Of a stretch of DNA of 64,000 nucleotides, positions 56,125 through 64,000 are shown one piece after another. The notes under the pieces were generated by a model. It made no database searches, was not told where the DNA came from, and saw only the letters and a program-made list of their open reading frames with translations. Source of the DNA: a virus (taxonomy: Duplodnaviria; Caudoviricetes). The DNA is taken from the IMG/VR virus record IMGVR_UViG_3300033562_000989, positions 14,399 through 78,398 of that record. The stretch is one strand, 5' to 3'. Numbering within the stretch: the first letter of the stretch is position 1; each line of letters opens with the position of its first letter. Both the position numbers and the translations under genes were made by a program.

Positions 56125-57222
56125 TTAATTTTCTTTAAATTCAATATCATAACCATGTGTTTCATGGAATGCAACCCTACATATTAACTCTTTAAATTCC
56201 TGCATACCTAATTTTATATATTTCTCAGGAACTTCATATAATTTACTGTTATATTCAGGCAGAGTTTGCACTACAGCCATATTAGCCTTATACGTGTAAC
56301 CTGTATAACCTTGAGTTTGTAAATATATTTGTAAAACTACTAAATAAAAAGCGATTTGGCGATAGTAATGATATTTTTGAAAACTTCCGTCAATCCATTG
56401 TTCTTCATTCTTAACTCCAACCTCATCAAATAATGGGATATTACCTCCCATAAAATAATTGACATTTTTTCCACTTGTCTTTAAATCATTTAAATAAATT
56501 ACTTTTTCAGAGGGATCTATTCTATAATTATCCAATTTTAATTTCATTGGAATAATTATATCTTGACCATCTGGCAATGTAATTAATACATCAATAAATA
56601 AAGCCTCTTCATTAGATATAATGCATGTATCCCAAAAATTTTGCATAAATAAGTTTTGGTAAATCTTATTATTGCTTTTTAAATTTCCTATACAAGCTTT
56701 ACATTCTTCTAATTGTTTCTTATTTAAAACGATTACACTTCGACCAAATTCATCAAAATACAAATCATTCATCATAGCAATATAATAAGGTAAGCCTTTT
56801 TGTATTGCTGTTTTAATAATTTTTTCTGATAATTTACCTTTATAGTAGTCAGCTTTTTCAGAAGCAATTTCTAAAGATTTTTTAATAGTATTTCCTTTTT
56901 TTCTTGCTTTATACATTTCATCAACGAAAACACCAAGTTTTGCAGTTGGCTTTCCTTCATAATTACTTAAAGAGAAATTTTCTGATTGTAAAAATAAAGC
57001 ATGAACTGCACTACCTAAATCAAAAGAAGAATTAAAGCCTGACTTTAATCCTTCTTTGTATTTTTGAGGTGAACCTTCTTGCATTGGATTTATATAAGAT
57101 AATTTAGAATTACTAGAATATTTTTTATATTTATCTGAAAAGTAAACTTCGTCAGATATATCTTCTTTTCTTACAGTTTCAATTAAAAATTGTATTTTAT
57201 ATTTGCTTAAATCCATTACCAA
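56125..57222 (-). CDS. PD-(D/E)xK (RecB/RecE-like) exonuclease
   Basis: GSAVHALFL, KLKLDNY, YLNDLKTSG, YYRQIAFY. Confidence 0.75.
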   Translation of the reverse strand: MVMDLSKYKIQFLIETVRKEDISDEVYFSDKYKKYSSNSKLSYINPMQEGSPQKYKEGLKSGFNSSFDLGSAVHALFLQSENFSLSNYEGKPTAKLGVFVDEMYKARKKGNTIKKSLEIASEKADYYKGKLSEKIIKTAIQKGLPYYIAMMNDLYFDEFGRSVIVLNKKQLEECKACIGNLKSNNKIYQNLFMQNFWDTCIISNEEALFIDVLITLPDGQDIIIPMKLKLDNYRIDPSEKVIYLNDLKTSGKNVNYFMGGNIPLFDEVGVKNEEQWIDGSFQKYHYYRQIAFYLVVLQIYLQTQGYTGYTYKANMAVVQTLPEYNSKLYEVPEKYIKLGMQEFKELICRVAFHETHGYDIEFKEN

Positions 57223-57611
57223 TCAATTTCAATTAAATAATTACCTTCTTCAACTAATCCTTTTTCATATAAATCATTCATAACCATATCAATAGAAGGA
57301 TAGAAATTTCTTTCCCACCATAAATCATTTTGGTTTTCATACTCTTCAGGATATTCGTTATTGATTTCTTCAACTGTAGTATTTAACCAAGTTTTAAAAG
57401 ATACCCCCATTTCATCCCCATTTATTCTATATTCTAATGAATGATTTTCATAATCTTCTGGGTATTGTACTGGAATAGTTATTTCATGAATACCACGTTC
57501 TTTACAACCATCTTGTTGTTGAAACATATAAGGTTTATTATAAGTTTTAACAATTAAATCATCTAAAGAATATACATTAACTACTTTTCTTGTTTTATAA
57601 CTTAAACTCAT
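57216..57611 (-). CDS. Hypothetical protein, 131 aa
   Basis: Intact ORF in operon. Confidence 0.65.
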   Translation of the reverse strand: MSLSYKTRKVVNVYSLDDLIVKTYNKPYMFQQQDGCKERGIHEITIPVQYPEDYENHSLEYRINGDEMGVSFKTWLNTTVEEINNEYPEEYENQNDLWWERNFYPSIDMVMNDLYEKGLVEEGNYLIEIDW

Positions 57612-58089
57612 TATATTTATCTTTAATTTCTTTTAAAGTTAATGAATAAATTCTAAAAGGAGTTTCAAATCCTTGATTATGTGGAGAATCCATTAATAAA
57701 CATGGTACACCACTATTATTCATTTTAATAAAGTTACTTACAGAATCATCTATAAATACATCTACGCGACCTTTAATCATTGTAGCTTTATTTCCTTTTT
57801 GAAAATACATTTGATATACAGGTCTTTCTGGAAAATGATTAGCAGCTAACCAATCTTTTGTCCAACACTTTTTATTTATACGTTTAGTACAATATAAAGA
57901 TGGAACAAAATCAATAGAATTTATTTTTGGCAATGATAACCAAAAATTTTTATTATTTTTTAAACTATTAACATTTTTAGTAATATTTACATCTGTCATA
58001 TCTTTTGGTTTTGTAAATGTAACTTTATACATATTAAAAAATCCTGCTAAGACATCATCTATGTCTAATCCGATTCGTAAATTACTCAT
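57595..58089 (-). CDS. HAD-family 5'(3')-nucleotidase-like protein
   Basis: IGLDIDDVL and VFIDDS. Confidence 0.75.
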   Translation of the reverse strand: MSNLRIGLDIDDVLAGFFNMYKVTFTKPKDMTDVNITKNVNSLKNNKNFWLSLPKINSIDFVPSLYCTKRINKKCWTKDWLAANHFPERPVYQMYFQKGNKATMIKGRVDVFIDDSVSNFIKMNNSGVPCLLMDSPHNQGFETPFRIYSLTLKEIKDKYNEFKL

Positions 58090-58384
58090 TAATTTTATAA
58101 TTTAATTCTACATATTCCCATAGTTCATCTATGGTAGTTAAAAAAGGTTTGTCATCTTTATAAGCTAATAAACCTTCATTCTCTCCTTTTTCGTATAAAT
58201 ACCAGTTAATCCAATCACATCCTTGTTCAGTGTATGAATTAACAAAAACTATATCAAGAAGTCTCCAAAAAAAGTTTACAATTGGAGTTTCTACAATATC
58301 AATATTTAAATTTTTACAAGCATCTATATATTCATTAGATTGCTTCTGTAAATTAACTATTTCTTTAAATAAATCTTTAGTCAT
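58082..58384 (-). CDS. Hypothetical protein, 100 aa
   Basis: Intact ORF in operon. Confidence 0.6.
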   Translation of the reverse strand: MTKDLFKEIVNLQKQSNEYIDACKNLNIDIVETPIVNFFWRLLDIVFVNSYTEQGCDWINWYLYEKGENEGLLAYKDDKPFLTTIDELWEYVELNYKINE

Positions 58385-58616
58385 ATTTTTTATCTGTTAA
58401 TGTTATATTATAATCTATTAATACATTGTTTATACTATATGGACCTATATATTCTGTGAATTTATTTATTTTAAAAAGAGGAGATACAATTCCTATTAAA
58501 TTAAATTGATCACTTCCAAGAATAACTCCTGTAAAATTTTCAGTATAACAATGAGTACACATAACTACTAAAGCATGTGTACTATCTATTTCTTTATATA
58601 TTTTTCCTTTTATCAT
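58377..58616 (-). CDS. Hypothetical protein, 79 aa
   Basis: Intact ORF just downstream of a terminator. Confidence 0.45.
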   Translation of the reverse strand: MIKGKIYKEIDSTHALVVMCTHCYTENFTGVILGSDQFNLIGIVSPLFKINKFTEYIGPYSINNVLIDYNITLTDKKYD

Positions 58617-58623
58617 ATTATAT

Positions 58624-58656
58624 AAAAAAAAGACGTTACAAATTGCAACGTCTTTT
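58624..58656 (-). terminator. Intrinsic terminator
   Basis: Stem aaaagacgtt / aacgtctttt with a U-run on the - strand, immediately after TAA 58659. Confidence 0.75.
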
Positions 58657-58658
58657 AA

Positions 58659-59177
58659 TTATTTGGTTAAAATCATTTGTATACATTCATCTACTTGTTT
58701 GTGATTATGTGGCATGTATAAATCATACTTTAAATTATTATCATTTAAGTATTTTTTAAACAATTTCCACCTCATTGGGAATGACTCATTTTGACGACCT
58801 TTGGTTTCAATAATTCAGCCATTACCTATAAAATCTGGAGTATACTTAACTGATTGTAAATTATTAGACTTTGGATACATTCCTGTTCCTTTTCTTTTAT
58901 CACTTTCGTAACTATCACCAATATATTTAAAACCTTCAACAATAGTAAATGTTTTTTGCCCGTATTCAAATGATAAATCTGTATTGTTTAAAGCTTTATA
59001 ACAATATACTTCTAATTGTGAATCAAATTTAATTCCATCAACCTCTGATTTTATAGAGCTAACTCTTTTTTTACCAGCTGTTTTTTGAGGTACATGTTTT
59101 ACTAATTGTTCCGGAGAACTTGCTCAGAAGGGTAATTGAGGTTCAACTACTTTCTTTTTTCTTTTTGGAAATGCCAT
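58659..59177 (-). CDS. Holliday-junction resolvase / T7 endonuclease I- or DUF1064-like nuclease, 172 aa, TGA=Trp (absent from track)
   Basis: DGIKFDSQLEVYCY...KYTPDFIGNG[TGA]IIETKGRQNESFPMRWKLFK; TGA at codons 18 and 121. Confidence 0.85.
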
Positions 59178-59186
59178 ATTTCTAAT

Positions 59187-60227
59187 TTAAAACACATAAA
59201 AGTGTTTTGTTGTTTTTAATTTGTTATTATTAAAAATTTCATTCAATTCAACTTCACATTCTAAAAAATGTATTAATCCTTTCTTCTTATGAACATCACT
59301 TATATCCTTTGCATATTTTCTTTTTAAAAATACACATTTAATGCCAGAAAATGTTTTTTTATATTTATGTGCACCCCTCACACCGGCTAGATCATTATCA
59401 TATAAAACAATAATATTTTCAAACTTTTTGTGTAATCTATCAAATTGAGAGGGAGATATAATAATATTTTCAGAACAAGGAGCCACAGCTGGTATATTTA
59501 ATTCATATAAAGCCATAACATCTTTTAATGATTTAGTTATAATCAAATTATCTCCTTTTACAGGTAGTTGTTTAGCTCCTTGTAAAAAGGTAGAACTCCA
59601 ATTACTTAAAAATCTATAAGTTCTTTTACTAGGCATATAAATCCTCCATAATTCCATTTCATCTTTTTTACCTCCATAATATCCAAACATTGGAGAAGAA
59701 GCAGAAGAAGATTCAAAATAGAAACCATTTAAAAAAGAAGCTGCGCAAGAAAAAACATGATATTTTTTTAATGTTTTCTTGTTAATACCAAAGGTACTCC
59801 ACCAATCTAATTCTTTTGTAGTATAATCCTTAATTTGAACTTGAATATTACTAGTTGATTGTTTTTCAACAAAAGAAGTTTCAGAAATTTTAATTTCTTT
59901 AGCATGTTTTTCATATCCCCTAGATTCTAAAATTCCAAAATCATTTGCAATAATTTTTAAAGCTATATAATAACTGCAATTATATAAATGCATTACAACA
60001 CTTATAAAATTACCATAAAAAGAGCCATCAAAATCATGAAATATTAAATCATTATTTTTGTTTCTAAAAAAAGATGCAGTTGGTTTTTTATCATTTCTTA
60101 ATGGACTTACTTGCAATCCCTTTTTAACGGGGATTCCAAGATAAGTTTGCATATAAGTTTCTTCTGAATTATATTTTAATAAAAGTTCTTTAGTGATTTT
60201 TTGTTCATTTTTAGGTATATCAAACAT
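59187..60227 (-). CDS. dnaG: DNA primase (TOPRIM, crAss-like)
   Basis: SPLRNDKKPTASF, FHDF, IITKSLKDVM, VLYDNDLAG, KDISD. Confidence 0.8.
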   Translation of the reverse strand: MFDIPKNEQKITKELLLKYNSEETYMQTYLGIPVKKGLQVSPLRNDKKPTASFFRNKNNDLIFHDFDGSFYGNFISVVMHLYNCSYYIALKIIANDFGILESRGYEKHAKEIKISETSFVEKQSTSNIQVQIKDYTTKELDWWSTFGINKKTLKKYHVFSCAASFLNGFYFESSSASSPMFGYYGGKKDEMELWRIYMPSKRTYRFLSNWSSTFLQGAKQLPVKGDNLIITKSLKDVMALYELNIPAVAPCSENIIISPSQFDRLHKKFENIIVLYDNDLAGVRGAHKYKKTFSGIKCVFLKRKYAKDISDVHKKKGLIHFLECEVELNEIFNNNKLKTTKHFYVF

Positions 60228-60245
60228 TAATCACAATTACTTTTT

Positions 60246-60929
60246 TTACAAATTAAATTTAATATCAGAAATTGTTGAGTCAGCTGTTTCCAAACTTACT
60301 ACAGCAGCTACATTTGTAGGAGTTGCAGCAGTAGCTTTATCAATTTGTGTTTTTTCGTAAGCACTAAAGTAAACATTGTCACCAATGAAATTACCTGCAA
60401 CAACAGCTATATATGGAGCTTCTTTAGTTAACATTGAGAAATAAGGAAAACGAGCTTCACCTGTTTTATTATTAATCAATTTAATTTTAACTGGAGTACC
60501 ATTGAATTTTTCAGTAGCAGCAATCATTAATTTACGAAGTTGAATCCAATCAGGTGCAGAAATTTTCTTTTCTTTTGCATCAATTTGTTTTCCTAATTCT
60601 GGGTTAACTGCATCAATAACATGCTTAAATAAAAGCATCATATTTTCTACATTAGATGGAGAAGTTGTTTCAGCTCCAGTTTTAGTATTAGTACCTTTTC
60701 TACGATCAAAATCAGCCGCTTTAGGTTCCCATACTGTTTCAGTATAGTAACCTTTAGAATTACCAAATTTAATATCTAAAACTTTATAAACAGCACTTGC
60801 ATCTTTTACACCTTGGATATCTCTTTCTTCAATTCCTTTAAAAGTTACTTCATGGATTGCATTACCACTTAAAATTGGTAAACTTGTGGATTGAGCAGCT
60901 CCCGCCGTTGTTTCAAAACTAAAATTCAT
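60246..60929 (-). CDS. Putative single-stranded DNA-binding protein
   Basis: Position between the Sak4-like ATPase and primase; beta-rich; no diagnostic motif confirmed. Confidence 0.45.
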   Translation of the reverse strand: MNFSFETTAGAAQSTSLPILSGNAIHEVTFKGIEERDIQGVKDASAVYKVLDIKFGNSKGYYTETVWEPKAADFDRRKGTNTKTGAETTSPSNVENMMLLFKHVIDAVNPELGKQIDAKEKKISAPDWIQLRKLMIAATEKFNGTPVKIKLINNKTGEARFPYFSMLTKEAPYIAVVAGNFIGDNVYFSAYEKTQIDKATAATPTNVAAVVSLETADSTISDIKFNL

Positions 60930-60959
60930 ATTATATTATTTATTTATTTATTTTTATTA

Positions 60960-61508
60960 TTAAAATGTAAAATCTTTCATCTCTGTTAATACAGTTTCTT
61001 CATTACCAGCTACTTCAATAGCTTTAACTTTCTCTACTGCTTTTTTAACAGGTATGTCTTTAGGAACATATTCGATATCTCCTACCATTTGATAAATTCC
61101 TGGTTTATATTCAGCTAGAGTAAATCTTTCTCCAAATTCTGCTAATACTTCATTAGCTTTTCCTCTATAAGCAACTGTTCCACTTTTAGTAACTTTATTA
61201 CCATTTTTACCTTTAAATGCTGCATCAGTTCCAAAGAATGGAGAAATTACATCATTTACTTGTTCGTATCTTACTGATACTCTTATTTCATCATCTACTG
61301 GTTCTAATAATTCTATAAGTTCTGTAGAAAGTACTAATTTACCTTCTTCTCTAACTATTATTAAACCTTCTAATTCTTTTCCTACTTTTTTAGTAGTTGC
61401 TTTCTTTGTTGTTACTATTTTATTAGTAACTTCTCCAACTGAACATAACACATCTGTTACTGTTTCTGTCGTTGGATCAAAATTAAATGTTACATTTACT
61501 TTAACCAT
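60960..61508 (-). CDS. Hypothetical protein, 182 aa
   Basis: Intact ORF coupled to the upstream gene. Confidence 0.65.
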   Translation of the reverse strand: MVKVNVTFNFDPTTETVTDVLCSVGEVTNKIVTTKKATTKKVGKELEGLIIVREEGKLVLSTELIELLEPVDDEIRVSVRYEQVNDVISPFFGTDAAFKGKNGNKVTKSGTVAYRGKANEVLAEFGERFTLAEYKPGIYQMVGDIEYVPKDIPVKKAVEKVKAIEVAGNEETVLTEMKDFTF

Positions 61509-63036
61509 TATTCGTTATATTCATCAATTTTATTAAATACTTCTTGTAAATCATTGTCGATGTAGATATCCTTAAAACAACCCATTGGAGTCTTTCCAGT
61601 AGTTGTACCATCTGTTTGAGTCATAAATCTATAATTCATTTTATCTCCCTCACCTTCAGTGACTTTAGTAAAAAATACATAAGTAAATAAACCTTCAATT
61701 GTAATCATATTATCCAACATTTTTCCAACTGTTTTAATTTTCCAATTAGGATTTATTACATCTCCTGTATTTTCTGCATGAGTTAATACTGCTATTTTTA
61801 AATCATCCCTCATATCTATACCCATTTTAAGTATAGAATAAAAATGTTGAGCTATTTGAGTAAATTTATCATAAGATTTTTCTTCTGCTCGATCCATTGC
61901 TTCGAACATTTATCTTCAATATAAATCGTTAATTTATATCCGTTCTCTTATGAACTGCTGCATGTTACCATGCAGATGAGACTATATCATCATCTTAATA
62001 AGATGTCTGGCGCTTCCACTCACTAGAGTGTACTCTCTTTCGAGATAGTCGTTGCACCTTCCCTTTTATAGGGCTTGGTTCAGGATTGTCCTTTTATAAG
62101 GAGTTTCCCTGAATTCACCAGATTTGCTATTAGTTATCACTAACTATAGGGCCTTTAAAATTTGGATCATAAGATCAATATGAATTTTTATATAACTTTC
62201 CACTTTTTAATGCTCGACTTATACCTTTATCTGCACCTTGAGGTTTTATGCCAAATTCTAAAGCTCAAGCTTCAATATTAGGTTTAATGCCTTTATAAGT
62301 ATTGATAATTTCTAAAGATATATTAAAACGATAAATTATTTTATAACGTTTCTTTAAATTTTCAAGATTTGCATAATATATTTTATTAGCTTCTGATAAT
62401 TTCTTTTTTGTTTCTTCAGTAGGAATATGTGTTATAACATCTTTTTCTTTATTAAAAAGAGGTTGTAATAAATCTAAATAGTATTGTTCTTTTAGATATT
62501 GTTCATCTATATTACAAATGTCTATAATTTCAATAATAAACTTTTCTTCTCCATACTTATTATAAGTATTTTGTAAATGTTCATTTTTATGAACTCCTTT
62601 TCGAAGCTCTGTTCTATGTTTATAGTATCGTTGTTGAATGTTTTTTGAACTTCCTATATAAAATTTGTCATTACAATTAATTTTATATATTCCGCATACA
62701 TTTCTGTATTGTAATAGAGACTCACTAAATTTCATTTCAATTGTGTTTAGCCATTAAATATTGAGCATCTTCAAGTATAACTTGCTTTATATGTGGCATA
62801 GTTTTAGCAATAAGTACTAATACTTGTTTAATCTTGTCTATATTAGAAGTATTATATAAATTACCTACCCACTTTCCTTCTACTTGGACTAATGGAATAT
62901 AATTTTTTCTAAATCCTTTAAAAGGCAAAGATTTGCCGGCAACATTTATAATAAATGTTTGTTTTGGGTCTAAATTTCTTAAGCTTGTTGATTTCCCAGA
63001 CCCACTGGAACCAACCACCGCAATCATTTCTGCCAC
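61508..63036 (-). CDS. Sak4-like / AAA_24 P-loop ATPase; exons 63036-62749 and 61906-61508 (likely GTG start)
   Basis: VVGSSGSGKSTSLRNL; splicing restores EDAQYLMA|FEAMDRA; KIKTVGKMLD, IEGLFTYVFF. Confidence 0.85.
61907..62748 (-). mobile_element. Group I intron (842 nt) in the Sak4-like gene
   Basis: U/G junctions. On the - strand: gaattcagggaaactcc, caatcctgaaccaag, ggtgcaacgactatc, gatatagtctc and P9 ctgcatg-gtaa-catgcag. Confidence 0.92.
62130..62735 (-). CDS. Intron-encoded GIY-YIG homing endonuclease with NUMOD1-like tail, 201 aa with TGA=Trp
   Basis: CGIYKI...FYIGSS...QRYYKH...EQYY. The track ORF stops at TGA 62265 but the frame continues through a second TGA to TAA 62130. Confidence 0.85.
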
Positions 63037-63055
63037 TGTAGTTTTGTTTTTTAAA

Positions 63056-64000
63056 TTAAAGTACAAATTGATGTACTATCTCATCTTCTTGTTGCATATC
63101 TTCTCTTGTAATTAAACTATCTATTGAATTTTTCTTGTAATGTAAATCTAAATACGGTTCATAATCACTAATTTTCTCTGGTTTAGGTAATTCTCTAAAT
63201 AATCCTAATTCACCATGAAAAGTAACTCCAATATTAACATCCGAGTTTCCCCATCTACCTTTTAAAATTTGAGCTAATCTAAATCGTTTCTTAAGTATAT
63301 TTTGAATTGGGTATCCTTCACATTTAGCAATCTTTTCTCTATAAGGGAAAAATAAAGCAATTACTACTTCACTTGCATCTGTTGTTCCAGAACTATCTTT
63401 AAAATCATCAAGTTGAACGAGTTCATAACCTGAATTTTTACGATCCATACCTTTAGCATTTCTGTTTAATTGCTGAATAAACACTCCTGTAATATCACAT
63501 TTATTTCTAAAATAAATCATCATATCAGCAACCGCATCTATTTTTTCTTTTTTAGAACCTGGGCCAGATAATAAACCAACATGATCAAGAATAACTATTT
63601 TGTATCTATCTTCTACATGATCAACATAATTTTCAGTATGCTCGTCAATAGCTTCAAAATAACCAAAATGTTTTAACCAATCTTTACAAGTTACATAAAT
63701 TCCTGCTGGAGTTAATGCTTTATCATAAATTTTAATTTTAGTTTCAATTGATTCTAACCAAGGAATTGATTGATTAATATAAATTTCATTTTCATCAGAA
63801 ATTGGTTGGGTTAAAGAAAGAATATCTTCAAATGTTAATACTACATTAAAAGTATCAAATATATATAAAGATAATAATTTAGCATATAATACGTCTGATG
63901 CCATTTCAAAACTATAATATAATATAGATACAGGTTTTTCACCTGCATTTTTTAATAAATTATAAAGAAATACATCTAAAGCAAAGGATGTTTTTCCGGC
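63056..64000 (-). CDS. dnaB: DnaB-like (SF4) replicative helicase, 5'-partial
   Basis: Frame is open to the window end: AGKTSFAL...YYSFEM, VILDHVGL, QQLNR, KGRWG. Confidence 0.85.
   Translation of the reverse strand, partial: AGKTSFALDVFLYNLLKNAGEKPVSILYYSFEMASDVLYAKLLSLYIFDTFNVVLTFEDILSLTQPISDENEIYINQSIPWLESIETKIKIYDKALTPAGIYVTCKDWLKHFGYFEAIDEHTENYVDHVEDRYKIVILDHVGLLSGPGSKKEKIDAVADMMIYFRNKCDITGVFIQQLNRNAKGMDRKNSGYELVQLDDFKDSSGTTDASEVVIALFFPYREKIAKCEGYPIQNILKKRFRLAQILKGRWGNSDVNIGVTFHGELGLFRELPKPEKISDYEPYLDLHYKKNSIDSLITREDMQQEDEIVHQFVL

Noticed and set aside
63037-63066. Track start at 63066 for the Sak4-like gene
   Set aside because: It overlaps the helicase end; GTG at 63036 gives the family-typical MAEMIAVVG start.
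42459-63115. Short + strand ORFs (42459, 46437, 53313, 53387, 54317, 58577, 62933) and - strand 52303
   Set aside because: They overlap well-supported genes in another frame or strand.
1-64000. Suppressor tRNA-Trp(UCA), other tRNAs, rRNA or CRISPR array
   Set aside because: No tRNA signature or regularly spaced repeats found by eye; tRNAscan-SE on the full genome is needed.
1-64000. TAG reassignment to Gln
   Set aside because: TAG ends genes cleanly (3929, 39631, 51714) and never interrupts the reconstructed long frames.

Overview
This window is an AT-rich crAss-like (Crassvirales) phage genome segment with Bacteroidota-type promoters, split into two converging blocks. The + strand (1-39566) is the late/virion block and uses TGA as Trp. 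Reading TGA through joins the fragments in the ORF track into a partial muzzle/tail-stabilisation gene, a DUF192 gene, several cargo proteins and four giant ejection-type proteins: 2989 aa (SF1 helicase domain), 3207 aa (virion RNA polymerase, interrupted by a group I intron just before its DFDID motif), 1224 aa (HExxH zincin) and 1535 aa (PD-(D/E)xK nuclease plus a TM segment). The - strand (40501-64000) is a replication/nucleotide-metabolism block almost free of internal TGA: ligase, dUTPase, Dda-like helicase, class II RNR with an intein and an intron, phosphoesterase, AAA ATPase, primase, intron-split Sak4-like ATPase and DnaB. Top observation: the four giant proteins hold only 7 Cys in about 8950 aa, and 6 of them sit at the termini that face a neighbouring giant gene. 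This suggests a head-to-tail linked ejection chain. Other highlights are three - strand genes gated by TGA (a GH73 hydrolase and a resolvase-like nuclease absent or truncated in the ORF track, and the DNA-binding tail of an intron GIY-YIG endonuclease), an RNR intron that appears to lack P9, and an unexplained 18-bp inverted repeat. All calls come from manual reading and motif recall; no searches were run.
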